This document shows positions 23,900 to 36,948 of a stretch of DNA of 64,000 nucleotides, piece by piece; positions within the stretch are counted from its first letter, which is position 1, and every line of letters begins with the position of its first letter. The stretch lies in NCBI RefSeq assembly GCF_009914755.1, contig NC_060932.1. The stretch is one strand, 5' to 3'. The position numbers were made by a program, and so were the translations under genes. This stretch comes from the human T2T-CHM13v2.0 reference genome, Homo sapiens. The notes below the pieces were generated by a model. That model searched no databases. It was not told the origin of the DNA and was given only the letters and a program-made list of their open reading frames with translations.

Positions 23900-24410
23900 A
23901 GCCTTAAAAATCAACATACATTTTGGATTAGACATTTCATCTTTACAAATATATCCAACAGAATAATTAGAGATTGGTATAAATATTTATTTATAAGAAC
24001 ATATACTGAAACATTATCTGTTACAATCTTGAACTGAAAAAAATAGTTATTCAACAATAGGGGGTAACATAAACATGAGGGTGTATGTTGATATTATTCA
24101 TCAGTTAAATAATGTTTAGAAAAATCATGGAGAAAAAGTATAACTATTGGGCTAAAAATGAACCGTATTATAAAACAGCAAAGAATATTTACCTCCAACT
24201 GTATAAAACTGTACAGAATGTAGGTACATATAGGTGTATAGAAAAATGGAACAGTATGAAAGTTTTAAATTTTTGAAGTGTGGTAAAGTGAATAAAGGAG
24301 GTAGAATTATTAAGTTACACTTTTAATTCTTTCCTGTCTCCCAAATTGTCTTCAATGAGCAGATGTTTTTTGTGGAAAACAAAGTAAAACTTAATACATT
24401 GTATAAATGT
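23900..24410 (+). mobile_element. Old L1ME-like 3' fragment
   Basis: Diverged A-rich L1 3' text ending CCAAATTGTCTTCAATGAGCAGATG. Confidence 0.45.
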
Positions 24411-24621
24411 TCAAAAACAGAAAAAAGTAAAAGAAGATTACTTTCCATAATCATCCATAATCTCACCACAGTTGTTAGCATTTTGAGGTGTTTTACTTAC
24501 ACTCTATTCTATTTATAAATATCTGTGATCATTTTTATTCACATAATTTTGTTACAATATAATATTCCAGTCTGTGTGTTGGCATGGTAGCTATTTATTC
24601 ATCTAGCAAATATTCACAAGC

Positions 24622-25225
24622 TTACTCTGTGTGCTGAATTGCATTCCCCTCAAATTCATTTGTTTAAACCCCAACCCCCAGTACCTCAAAATGGGACTAT
24701 ATTTGGAGATAGGGCCTTTAAAGAGGTGATTTAGTTAAAATTAGGCCAATGCATAGGCCAGAGGTGTCCAATCTTTTGGCTTCCCTGGGCAACCTTGGAA
24801 GAATTGTCTTGGGCCACACATAAAACTAACACTAATGATAGCTGATGAGCTTAAAAAAATAAAGGTCCATGAATAATGTTTTAAGAAAGTTTATGAATTT
24901 GTGTCAGGGTGCATTCAAAGCTGTCCTGGGCTACATGTGGCCCACAGGCCGCGAGTTGGACAAGCCTGACATTGGCCTTAATCCAAACTGACCTGTGTTC
25001 TTATAAGAAGAGGGAGTTTGAACACAGATAGGCACAAGGGGAAGATCTCATGAAGACATACAGAGAGGATGAACTTCTGCAGGCCAAGAAGAGAGACCAC
25101 AGAGTAACCCAACCCTGTGTGCCTTGATCATGGACTTCCCAGCCTCTAGAACTATGAGAGAAAAAAATCTCTGTTGTTTAAGCCCTCCAGTCTGTGGGTA
25201 TTTTTGTTATGGCAGCCCTATCATA
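24622..25225 (+). mobile_element. MLT1B-like LTR interrupted by MER30
   Basis: GCTGAATTGCATTCCCCTCAAATTCAT...CCCAGTACCTCAAAATGGGACTATATTTGGAGATAGGGCC...CCAGCCTCTAGAACTATGAGAG...TTTGTTATGGCAGCCCTA. Confidence 0.88.
24759..24968 (+). mobile_element. MER30 (hAT-Charlie DNA transposon)
   Basis: CAGAGGTGTCCAATCTTTTGGCTTCCCTGGGC...GTTGGACAAGCCTG with terminal inverted repeats. Imperfect 8-bp TSD GCATAGGC / ACATTGGC. Confidence 0.92.
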
Positions 25226-25518
25226 AAACCCTTATGGCAGCTCTTACTGATAAAGCAGGCACAGTTCATAGTGTTGGAGATGCAGCAGGACATGGGACTT
25301 AGATTCCGGTTGGGAGAGATTGAAAATAGACAATGAATATACAAAGCATCAGGTGGTGATAAGTGCTATAACAAAAAATATTCAGTGTAAATGAGAAGAG
25401 AGAAAAGCTCTTTTTCATATATTTCCCACCTCTCGTTTCCATTCAGCTTCATATAACTCCTCTCTCAGTTTATGTTAAATTCATGGCTTTTGACAAGTAC
25501 AGCCCAAATATATCGATT

Positions 25519-26635
25519 CTTTTTTAAAGCAGCTTTATTGAGCTATCATTTACATACCATACAACTCACTTATTTAAAGTTATACAATTCTGGGCTTTCA
25601 GTATATTCACAGCCTTGTCAAACTATCGTTACAATCCAATTTTAGAATAGTTTGGTCCACTCCCCACCCTGCCAAAAAAAACCTTATACACACCAGCAAT
25701 CACTCTCAGTTCCCACCGACACACTCCTCCCATGCCTACGACCCTAGGTACCTGTTAATCTTTTTACTTCCAGAGATTTGCCTATTCTGGACATTTCATA
25801 TAAATGGAATCATATAATATGTGTTTTATTGGTGACAGGATTCTTTCCCTTAGCATAATAGTTTCAAGATTTATCCATGGTGTAAAACATGTCAGTAGTT
25901 AATTCATGTTTTTGTTGTTGAGGTGAAATTCACATAATAGAAAATTAACCATCTTAAAATGTAAAATTCAGAGGTATTTTATATAGTTACAATGTTGTAA
26001 AACCACCACCTCTATTTAGTTCCAAAACATTGTCATCACCCCCAAAGGAGTCCCTGTACCTATTAAGCAATCACTCCCCATCCTACTCTCTGCTGGCAAT
26101 TGCTAATCTGCTTTTAGCATCTAAGAATTTAACTATTCTGTATATTTTATGCAAATGGAGTCATCCAATAGGTGACCATTTTTGTCTGGCTTCTTTTACT
26201 TAGTATGATTTTTTTCAAGGTTCATCCACATTGCTGCATGTATAAATACTTCACTCCTGTTTTGTGACTGAGTAATAAATAGTTCATGGTTTGTGTATAT
26301 CACATTTTGTTTATCCAGTTATCCAGATAGATATTCAGGTTGTTTCTGCCTTTTGGCTATTGTGAATAGTGCTATTATGAAAACTCATGTACAAATATCT
26401 GCTTGAATACCTGTGTTCCTTTTGGGGAGTGTAGATCTAGAAGTGGAATTGCTGAGTTATGTGGTAATCCTCTGTTTAACTTGTTGGGAGACCACCAAAC
26501 TGTTTTTCACAGGATCTGCACTGTTTTACATTCCCACCAGCAACGTACAATTTCTCTACATCCTTAAAAACACTTGTTATTTTCCATTTTGCTAATTATA
26601 GTCATTCAAGTGGGTGTGAAGTGGTATCTCATGTG
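25519..26635 (-). mobile_element. Two adjacent or nested L1MB-type 3' ends (about 25519-25905 and 25908-26635)
   Basis: Two starts of the reverse L1MB 3'UTR: GCTTTATTGAGCTATCATTTACATACCATACAACTCAC and TTGTTGAGGTGAAATTCACATAATAGAAAATTAACCATC. Confidence 0.85.
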
Positions 26636-26639
26636 GCCC

Positions 26640-27930
26640 CTTCAAAAGCAGTTTGTGTTTTTTCACATACATGGATTGCATTTTCCTATTTTTTATACTA
26701 CTTAGAATACTTGGTTGAAAACTCTACATTTCAGATGATACATTATAGCAACTCTGGATATGAATGCCCCAATTTTTGAGTTGTCATTTTGTTTATTTGC
26801 TTAGTGACTTGGCTGAACTAATCTTTCAGAGTTTATTTCCCCTGCAGTTTTCTGCCTCTGGTCTTTATGCTCAGATATTTTTTTCCCTTGATTTTATCTT
26901 CTAGCCTGGCCACTTGGCATTCACATCGGGTCAGCACAAGCCACTTCTTGGTCAAAGAATGTGCTTGAGTTCCATTAGCCAGTTATATTTTTGTTTTTTA
27001 CCTTTGGATTCATGTGTGGCCTGAGGCTGCTATCACAGTTCAGGGGTTTTATGTATTCGGTCCACATTCAGCCATGAACTAGGAACTTGGAGGTTCCCTG
27101 CCTGATTGCTTTTGAGAGGCGATAGCCTTGGGTACACACAAAATCTTCGAGACTACCAAGGATGAATGTGATTTTATCTTTAAGCACCACTTTCTGGGAG
27201 TCTCTCCTGGGTCAGTGTTTGGTCAGAAGTTGTCTTTAAGCTCCCAGTGCCAGTGAGATTTCTCCCCTCTGTTGATGGCTCTTTGTGGCTTATGAAAGGC
27301 TTTGAGGTCTGCTCATCTGCCCCATGTTCTGCTCTGATTGGCTGAGTCGCTGCAGCCTAGTGCATGTGCGCAGCCTCTTGGAACCCAAGATTTGATTGTG
27401 ATCCCAGGAGAGCTCTTATTGGCTGTCTCTTTTTCTGGCTTTCTCTATTAAACTTCAGGCTGCTTTGCCATTTGCTCATAGCATAGAACTACCAGCTTCT
27501 TCTTAACTGCTCTCCACCAACATCTCCATTGTTTCTGCCAATACTTTTAAGCATAGGGTTCCCCAAATCCTGTTTCAAATAAAGTAATGCCCTCAGGCAG
27601 AATCACTATGTCCTTTGCCCTTAAGACATGCCCCTGTACTACTTCATAACAGCTAAGGGTGAGGACCCACTTTTCCTGCTGAGCAAGAGGGGAGTGACAG
27701 CCCTTGGTCTTCATGGCTTGCCCCTTCCAGTGTGCCGTCTCTGTCCTATAAACACACAGGAGCTGGGAGATATCAGGATCCTAGCATTGTCAGCCTGCCA
27801 CACCTGGACGCAAGCTATAAGCAAGGATTGGGTGAGTAAAGGGAGGGAGAACCTGTCCTCTCCATGGCACCTGAATGGAATCGATTTGCAACATGAGGCT
27901 CAGGAGCCATAAATGTTACCTGACGAAATG
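26640..27930 (-). mobile_element. Old L1M 5'UTR-like region (L1MC/L1M4-type)
   Basis: TAGCAACTCTGGAT...TTTGCTTAGTGACTT...GAACTA and CTACCAGCTTCTTCTTAACTGCTCTCCACCAACATCTCCATTG resemble L1M 5' consensus sequences. Confidence 0.55.
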
Positions 27931-28604
27931 TGTTAGAATGAGGTAGAGGTTGGGATGAGGAGGACTGTAGGCAGGCGCAAAAGCCCTGCAGAAAGGAGCA
28001 ACCAAATGGCCAGAGGATTAAAAAATAAGAGTAGAAACAAGGAAGGGAGAACTTTAGTGATTTGTCAGTAAAAAATAAAGCTTATCTGGAAGCAACAGTA
28101 AGAAGCAGAAGACTGAACACCCACTCTTTTGGCCCCTTGATGGGTGGGGAGTGAGTGAATAAGTAGCTTGCACTGGGGAAGAGCTGCAGGGTAAACTGCC
28201 TATAGGAAAGAGCCAGACTCCAGGAGGAAAGACAGGGAGAGATTGTTCTTTGAAAATTTGGAGGGTATAAAATTTCTTACCCTGGGGCAAATGTTCCAGG
28301 GGAAAAATTAGAAATGATTGATGGGGTGGGCGGAGACTAAGAGGAGCAAGGGGGAGGAAGCACAGAGTAGTGAGGGAATGCATATGTAAGTGAAGACAGA
28401 AACTTAACACAACCTGTTCATAGGTTAGGGTCTGATGTGGAAGGAGGAGGCATGGTTGCAATGACTAATCTCAGACTTCATGCAAATCTTAACCAGTGCC
28501 TAAATGGCTGCATGTGAACTGTTTGAATTCAAATTTCAGCTTTCACACTTGTTATTTGTGTGAATATGGGCAAAACACATAAGCTCCCTATGCCTTGGGA
28601 TTTG

Positions 28605-28928
28605 TTTGTCTTTCGTTTGCTTTGTTGTTGTTGTTGATGAAGTTGTTTGTTTGAGATAAGATTTAATTTCGTTGCCCAATCTGGAGTATAATCAGGGCTC
28701 ACTGCACTGTCAACCTCCCTGAGCTCAAGAGATCCTCCCACCTCAGCCTCCCAAGCAGCTTGGACTACAGGCTTATGTCACCATGCCTGGCAATTTTTTT
28801 GGTATTTTTTGTAAAGACAGGGTCTCACTCTGTTGCTCAGGCTAGTCTCGAACTCCTGGGCACAAATGATCCACCCACGTCAGCCTCCCAAGGTGCTAGG
28901 ATTACAAGCATGAGCCATCACATCTGGC
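28605..28928 (-). mobile_element. AluJ with a degenerate (TTG/TTTG) tail
   Basis: GAGCTCAAGAGATCCTCCCACCTCAGCCTCCC...GAACTCCTGGGCACAAATGATCCACCCACGTCAGCCTCCCAAGGTGCTAGGATTACA. Confidence 0.9.
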
Positions 28929-28989
28929 TGCCTTGGGTTTTTTATTTGTACAATGAGTGTAGCATTAAACAAGCTGTTGCTGTTAATAA

Positions 28990-29320
28990 AAATACTTTCT
29001 CTCTATTTGGGTACATAGCTAGATTATATTTCTTAGCCTCTCTTGCAGTCAGTGTGACCATATGACTGAGTTTTAGCCAAGGGTATGTCAGCAAAACTGA
29101 TGACTGCATGGCCCATATAGAACTCCAATACCTATTCCTCCATGCTCTTTCCTCCTCTTGACTGACTGAAATGGCAACACCCAGGATGACTTTAGAAGCA
29201 ACAGGGTAAAGGTGGCTGAACCATCATCAACCTATCACAAGGGTAAAATTTCTACGGGGTCCAGTCATTCCATATTTGGGTTTATTTGTTAACGTCAGCT
29301 GGCCTACTTTAATGAATGCA
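28990..29320 (+). mobile_element. Old MLT1 (MLT1J/I-like) LTR fragment
   Basis: TATTTCTTAGCCTCTCTTGCAGTCAGTGTGACCATATGACTGAGTTTTAGCCAA...TTTGGGTTTATTTGTTA. Confidence 0.6.
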
Positions 29321-31641
29321 TTGGGGATAATGACAGCACCTTCCCAATACTATTATCATAATTAGATGGGTCAAAATATGAAAAATGTTTAAATCGTTGC
29401 AGGTAGAGTGTCAGAGTTATGAGTGTTGTGAGTGCTATTCATCATTACTCCCAGCAAATTTCTTATAGGGTAGAAAGTTTGTGTGAGATCCTTAGTCCAG
29501 GTTTGAGCTCCTCCAGTCTTGTACATGGGCAGAGAGCCCCATTCTCAGCAAGGCAATCACAACGTATAGGAGAGAGTGAGGCCCATGAACTGTTCAAATC
29601 CTCTACAGTACTGTTACCAGCAAATATTGATTTGTTCCATTTGTTTTATTTGTATTTTAATCAAATATTCAGGAAAATTTTCTCATTACCTTGTGGAAGT
29701 CTTAATGATGAAGACCACTCGTTGATTCTCAAGAGATTAGGGGAGCCAGCATACTGATTTAGTGCTAACCTCATTAGAACAGGAACTGTAGAGGAGAGGA
29801 TTAACAGCAGGATGAGCTGCACCATTAAATATCAAATTGTTATCCAATTAGATGCTCTTGTTATGAACAGCATATTATTTCCAGATATCAGATACCAAAT
29901 CTCAAGTAGTTGCAGCATCTTTCTAATTCTAAAATGTGTGATTACCCTGACTGTACTCTCGTTCATTATTTATCTTCTGCACTAAGCTGGAAAAATCAAT
30001 CCTGAACTTGAAACTGGTTCTTAGCACACAGAAGATGTTGCACACACCCGTGAAGACAGATGTTTGGTAAAGAGCTCATGGGCGTTCTGTCAGTCTCACT
30101 GAGTTAAGTTGGCACCAGAATATAGGGCAGGCAAGGCTGTTTGCCGGTGATCTTTAGAAGGGATCATCTGATTGAATAGCACATGCTCTCCTTTGACAAT
30201 TCTCCTTGTCATTCATTCATTCATTTATTCTACAAACTTATGCATTCTCCAAATTAGAAAAAAATTATAGGCAGAGTCAATACATATAAATGCGGAGAAA
30301 TGTGTTCCAGATATTTGGGACAGCAATGTGGATGCTTAAGGCTGAAGAGAATGTAGTATATTCAAAAAAATGTAGGTGAAGTTTCTTTAAAAAAAGACAA
30401 GAAGTATGCAACCTACAAAAAAGGGCATAAAATTGTTAAAAATGTAAACCTTGAGCACATATAGACAAAAGGAACATTTAAAATTGTGTTATGTGCACAT
30501 GCCATGGAGTCCGTTGCCCAGTAAAATGAGAGGGACATTTTCAGACCTAACTCAGCCAATCCACAACACAAATAAGATGAAATAAACAAATAGAAATAAA
30601 ACATCTTTTCAACAAAAGCCAGAGTGGCTCAGATTAGAAAGTTCTCGGAAGTCAGATATGGTGATGCTATAGAGGGAGGATGAAACAGAGCTGGGAGCCA
30701 TGTGCTCACAAAACAGAGGTGGGCCATTTTCCAGGCAAAAAGCAACACCAGCCAAAGACACACATTTTTCCAAAAACAAATGAGCAAACAAAATACCTTA
30801 TACACCAGAGTGAATCTTTATGAGGGAAGAAGAGTGGAATTTAAGGTGGTGGACAAGTGAAAACAAAGCAAAATAAAATAAAACATCCTTGGCATGAATT
30901 TTGATGACGAAGTGATAACATGCCATGAACTTAAGAGTACAATGACCTCAATTATGTGTACTTGGCCCAAATGTACAAAATACAAACAACAGTAAAGAGC
31001 ACAAAACAAAAAACATCACTCAGAAAAGACAAGGACAGTAATGTTTCCCCATAGCTATACCTGGCTAGAGAATTCATCTCTTAATTAACATAGTGAGATT
31101 AAAAGCTAACGCCAGAACAATACTCATAGTATTAAAAGTTCATTCTCTATGTGTTTGTATTAATAGTTCATTCATAAAAAGCAGAGCATTGTAATCTCAC
31201 TATGCAGGTTTAGTCATTCTGAGTTAGTCCTTTCATTGTCTGAAGACTTGAATTAAAACTCTCCAGGAAATTATGTGAGTTTCAAAAATCTGACTTTTAA
31301 TTTAAACTAAGTTAATCTGACTGGATTAAAATATTGGCACCACTTGTTATTATTGGAGACTTTGGTTATTTAACATCTTTGTATTTAAAAGTTATTATTT
31401 TAAAAATGGGAATAATAATGTTCCTACATCCTTGAGTTTATGAGACATAAATAAAATATACAGAAAAAAATTTAAAATAATATGTGGCATACAGAAAACA
31501 CTTGAAACAGATATTAACATTATCACTTACTATTAATTTATTTATTGTTATCTTTTAGAAATATTATCAAGACCAGAATGGAGTGATGAAGTAATCAGCC
31601 TTTTATGACTGAAGTCCTGAGTAGATTTATCCCTATCTGGG

Positions 31642-31690
31642 TGTGCTGCAGGTTGTCTTTAAACTGTGCTGCAGGTTGTCTTTAAACTGT
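31642..31690. repeat. Perfect 23-bp tandem duplication
   Basis: TGTGCTGCAGGTTGTCTTTAAAC twice (31642-31664, 31665-31687), followed by TGT. Confidence 0.97.
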
Positions 31691-31919
31691 ACTTTTCCCA
31701 AAGTAGAGTATGTGGAATATCAATCTCTGAATGTTTTCTGGGAAAATAAAAGACTACTGAGTAAGTAAGTTTGGGAAGGGCTTAACCAACCAAGCAAGCC
31801 ATAAGCCATGCTGTGTGTGTGTGAATGCACGTTCGTGTCGGTGGCAGGGTGGGATGCCTGTTAAAATCTAGCTGGATAAATATACGAGGGAAAACTCATC
31901 TTTAGACATTTGTAGTCTG

Positions 31920-32165
31920 GTAGGATACAATACAGGTTCTGCTTGGGTTCACACCCTGCTTACTGGTTCAACAAGTTACTAGGTCTGTAACTTTGGGGAA
32001 TTACTTAACATCTCTGTGCCTCAGTTTCTTCATACATGTTACGGGGATAATAATAGTGTCATTCCTACATGGTTGTATTTGTATTAAACGAGTTAATATA
32101 GATGAAAGGCTTACAACAAAGCCTAGCATACAGATATTGCTTAACATGTGTTTTCTATTCTTACT
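31920..32165 (+). mobile_element. MIR SINE
   Basis: TTACTTAACATCTCTGTGCCTCAGTTTCTTCATAC...GGGGATAATAATAGT. Confidence 0.85.
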
Positions 32166-32525
32166 ATAATCTATGTATATCTACATAAATCTATATAAAA
32201 CTTAAGGGCCTTAAAATGAAAAGTGCTCCATTTGGTGCTCAAGATAGTGAGTCCTCTGTCTTCTGATTAATCCAAATGTTATCATGTAGAAAGTTCTAAT
32301 TTCAGGCGGCATGGCAAGGCCAGCCTACTGACGGTCAAACCCTGCCCACACCCCGGGCATTTATTATTGCTCAAAATCTCAATGTGTCAAATTTGGGGCT
32401 TCAATTCTCCATATTTGTTCATTTTCCAGAACTGGGTTTGCTTAACTCTCAGTCCCTTTCTGGAGAACCCTAGAATTGAAGGATTCTAGTCCCTTCATCT
32501 GTACCCAGGTCAGGTTCATGTGAGG

Positions 32526-32543
32526 TGACACCAGATGGCAGCA
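32526..32543 (+). promoter_or_regulatory. Candidate CTCF binding site
   Basis: TGACACCAGATGGCAGCA closely fits the CTCF core CCA(C/G)(C/T)AG(A/G)(G/T)GGC(A/G)G and lies in non-repeat DNA. Motif evidence only. Confidence 0.5.
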
Positions 32544-33609
32544 AAGAGAGATGAGCTGCCAGAGGCGGGAGTTGTCATTTGAAAAAAAAATCGAATTGTC
32601 ATTGTACTTGGCCACTGCTCTTACTAAAAATATTTCACTCATTTAATGTGCCGGCTTCAGCAGAGCTGAACTTTGTCCATTTGGGGTGTGTGCTATTGGG
32701 GCAGGTGTCTGTGAAAGAATGAAAGCGAATAAAATTCTCTTCAATTGTTATCACTCTTCTTCATTCTCATCCCAAGTCTTGTCAAAAATTGAGTGAAATA
32801 GGAGTCAGACGTTACTGTTTCAGTGCCTCCTCCAAACTCCAGCCATTTAAAATACTCTCAGCCCACATATTAGTGAGAGGGAGCAATTCTCTCTGTCTTC
32901 AGGGACTTGAGGAACACCTGAACTGGGAGATAGGGAACAGAAAGTAAGGTTTTCCTATCTATTTCTTGCCATATAACAAACATAGCATATTCCTATCAAT
33001 CATTATACATCTCTTTCTCATTTTATAAAATCCTGATTTTATTCAGGAAGCCATGTTCCCACCCTTGTAAAACAAATCATTATTGGTAAAAACAAATTAT
33101 AATTGTCCCATTTCTTTTTGTGAAATATTTACTTTTCTAGATGCTTTTGCACTGAAATTATTTCATAAATCAATGACTTATGACATTATTTACAAGAATA
33201 ATTTTCCATAATGAAATAAATGAGTGACATCCCCATAGAGCTAACCACCACCCTGCCCTTTCATGTTTTCCCTGTTGTCTCTTCTCTTGACCTTGGAAAT
33301 TGTAACACCACCTTACAGTCACGAAGAGACACTTCACTAACATGCTCAACATGGTACAGCAGAAAGCCAGAGAGATTTTGCATATCTCATGAGATTGTGG
33401 GGTTGTGGAAGCAGCTCTGAATCTGCTGATCTTGAGTCTCCTAATGATATAACACTCGTCGGTATTAACGAAGTCACAGTTAGTTGGATTGTTCACTGTT
33501 TGCAGTATTTGAAGTTGCCTTCCCAGTGAAATACTACACAAGGTCTCACTTGTTAAAATAGTTGATTGCATCCCAATCAGTTGCAGGTTGAAGGGAGCAG
33601 GCTGATTAA

Positions 33610-33835
33610 CCCATGGGAATGAGTACCAGCTTTGTATCCAAACACAGTTGATTTCAAGCCCCAGGTCTGCTGCTTATAAGCTATGTACCTTTAGATAAAC
33701 TACCCAATATCTCTGCATCTCATTTTGTCATGTTGAAAGTGGGGCTAGTGGTAGCTAAGAGGATTATTGGGAAGATTAAATGGCATTGCAAAGAAAATGT
33801 CTGGTACATAGAAGAAACTCAGCAAACTTTATCTC
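33610..33835 (+). mobile_element. MIR SINE
   Basis: TTCAAGCCCCAGGTCTGCTGCTTATAAGCTATGTACCTTTAGATAAAC...CTCTGCATCTCATTTTGTCAT...GAGGATTATTGGGAAGATTAAATG. Confidence 0.75.
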
Positions 33836-34297
33836 ACCTTTTTCTCTACCTTACATCTAAATTTAGGTTCATGAGGGGATTGCAGTGGTATCATGGGAAA
33901 ACTTTCTTTGTGAAATGTTTTTAATTAAACAGGATGCAGAATCTTTTGTCTTTAAACAGTTCTAGCACAATGTGTTCTGAGTCAGGAGGGTAGACTGGAT
34001 GAATACTTTCGATGCTTTCAGTTTTTGGGTTATTCGTAACTCCTGCTCACTGAGGATGTTGACAGTTTCTTCTAGGTTGATGGTACTGTTCTGTGTGAGT
34101 AGTCCACCAGATAATTTCCCTTAAAGATCATCTGGGAATTCTAACAATCAATGAACATAGTTGTTCATCTGCTGAATAGCACATACCCTGATTCCTGCTC
34201 TGCCAGAACTGAGAGGCTTGTACATGGTTAGCTTCTTCTGTCTCAGAGCTAAATGAGTCAAAGGCAGTTTTCGTCTAGGAGGGGAGCTCTGACCTGC

Positions 34298-34765
34298 TGT
34301 CTTAGAGTGGGTTCACTAGAAACAGTCCTTGACATGGAGATTCATGTACCAGTGATTTATTAAGAAAGAGCTCCCAAGAGAAACTGGTAAGGGATGGGGG
34401 AGGAAAGACTGGGAAGGGTGCAATTTCTGGCAAAGTACCAGCCCAGCCTAATCCTGCAGGGTGCTCTGTGGCATAAATTACACATCAAAGTTTATCCAGC
34501 CCGGAGGCAACAGAGCTGAGCTTTATACTCCCACAAAGTCAGCCCTTGGCAGTGGACTGTGTGTGTGGTAGGTGGGTGAGGAGGAAACTCCCGGACGCTT
34601 TGAGCTTTCTGTGCTTACAACCCAGGAGGCTGGAGTGGTCTGCAGGCAGCATTCTGAAGGAAGCTGCAGATGCAACTCAGTAGAAGCAAAGCACACCAAA
34701 ACTGATGCCTATGTGCACAGAACAGGTAAGTAGCTTCAGAGGGAATCTGGGCAGAGCTGACTATG
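34298..34765 (-). mobile_element. LTR16-family (ERVL) solo LTR
   Basis: TGTCTTAGAGTGGGTTCACTAGAAACAGTCCTTGACATGGAGATTC...TGATTTATTAAG...TAAATTACACATCAAAG. Confidence 0.65.
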
Positions 34766-35597
34766 TTCAATAAATCTATCTCCCTGCCTCTCAGAGACAA
34801 CACACTTACTGGACCATGGAAAAAACAACACACTCAACTGTAAATAAAAACTTGAGTTGACCCAGGCTATCCAACCCAGGCAATTGCAAACTATGTGATA
34901 CTGGGAAGGTTTACTGTCTGAATCTCTTTTTTTTTTTTTAGAATTTGGTAACAGATTTGGAATATGAATGTAGGGTTTTAAAAATTCATTTCGCTACATT
35001 GTATAATAAAAATATCTAAATCATAGCATTTAAAGGGATCTTGAGCAGGCAAGTTCTCTCTGGCTGGACAGATATCTACCTATCTCAGAGAAGTAAGTAT
35101 CTATCTTGTTTGTATCACTCTTCCAATTTGGTAGTTTTCCTGATTTTAGATATTTCCAGCAAAATAACAATCATGATAAACAATGATAACATCCCTGCAA
35201 AAGCAAAAAAAGTTTCTTTCCTAAAGGGTTATGCCCACTGAATTGTCACTTTTTTGAGGAAATCTTTGCTATTACCCTGATTAAATTCCCAGTATTATAT
35301 GTTTTTATAATACAAAATAACACTCCCTGTAATTTATCAGAGTGGTAATTTTAAATTATTTGGTTTCTGATTAATATTGTTTCCTGCACTAGAATGTGAG
35401 TTCCATGAATTTAGTAACTAAGGGCAAAGCCCCTCAGAAGGTCATGTGTGTTTTTGTGTGCTTTGTATGTTTTTGAGTTGTTGATCACCCTTCTACTCCT
35501 ACACCCTACACAGTGACTGATGCATATTAGTTGCTTTACAAATAGGTAACCATTTTAGTGTTGTAAACTTAGCATTAGCCCAGGGCTAGAGTGAGCA

Positions 35598-36860
35598 GGA
35601 TTTTTTGATTGAGGAAAAATTTACACACAATGATTGTCACAGATGATAAGTGTGACATTCAATCTGAATTTTCAAATGTATTTGCCTTGTATCCAACACC
35701 CTAGTCAAGATACTGTCAAGAACATTTCAATCACACAAAAGTGGTCCTTCATGGCCCTTATCAGTCAATCTCCACTTTAGTCAACATCTCTTCTAATTTC
35801 CATTAGTTTTGTCTTTTCTTGAAATTCATATAAATCAAACCATATAGTATGCACTCTTTCATGTATGGCTTTTGTCTTAGTTCATTGTGTGTTGCTATAA
35901 CAGAATACATTAAACTAAGTAATCTATAAAGAATAGAGATTTATTTCTTGGTATTCTAGAGGCTAGGAAGTCCAAGGTCATGAGGCTTGCAAGTGCCTCA
36001 TTGTGGCATCATCCTTTGAAGGAAGACAGAAGGGCAAGCAAACCGAGAATGTGGAAGAGGGGAAGGGGGCCAAACTCATCCTTTTATCAGAAACCTACTC
36101 CCAAGGAAACTAACCACTCTTCAAATAACGGCATTAATCCACTCATGAGGGCATGGCTCTCATGACCTAATCATCTCTTATAGGTCTCTCCTCTCAACGC
36201 TGCTGCATTGAGGATTAAGTTTCCAACACATGAACTTTGGGGGACACATTTAAACCATGGCAACTTCTTTCTCTTATCATTGTTTTTGAGATTATCTATG
36301 CTGTTGGGTATATCAATAGTACATTATATTATCCTACTGATGAATATTTGGCCTGTTTCCCCTTGTTGGCTAATTTAAGTAAAGCTTCTATGAATATTCT
36401 TTTACAAGTGTATGAATAAATATATTTAGCTCACATGGGCAAATAATTAGGGGTGAAATTTCTGGGTCATAGGCTAGATATATATTTAACTATATTAAAA
36501 ACTGTCAAACCATTTTATATTCTCATGAACAACAGATGAGGGTTTCAGTTGCTCTGCATCCTCATTATTTGGTTTTGTAAATAATTTAAATTTTGGCTAT
36601 TCAAGAAGGTGTGAAGTAGTATTCACTACATTTAATTTGCATTTCCCAAATAACCAGTTATGTTGAATAATTTTTCATATGCTTATTGTCCATTCGTATA
36701 TTTTTATTAAAGTGCCCACACAAGTATTTTTATTTGGTTGCTTTCTTCATTTTTAAATGTAGGGGCTCTTTTTATATTCTTAATATAAGCTGAATGCCAG
36801 ATATATGTTACACAAATATATACTTGCAGTTTTGGCTTGCCTTTTGGTTTTTAAATCTAT
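35598..36860 (-). mobile_element. L1ME-type 3' fragment interrupted by an MST LTR
   Basis: Reverse L1 3' text (CATATAAATCAAACCATATAGTATGCACTC...TGGCTT | ACTTCTTTCTCTTATCATTGTTTTTGAGATT...). Confidence 0.75.
35873..36262 (-). mobile_element. MSTC/MSTD-like MaLR solo LTR
   Basis: TGTCTTAGTTCATTGTGTGTTGCTATAACAGAATAC...CCAACACATGAACTTTGGGGGACACATTTAAACCATGGCA. Confidence 0.85.
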
Positions 36861-36948
36861 CCTTTGCTATTTTTCTTCTTTGTGTCACATCTGATTTTGT
36901 TCCCTTTTTCATCTCCTGCAGTTCTTTCATATTAAGTATTTTTTTATG

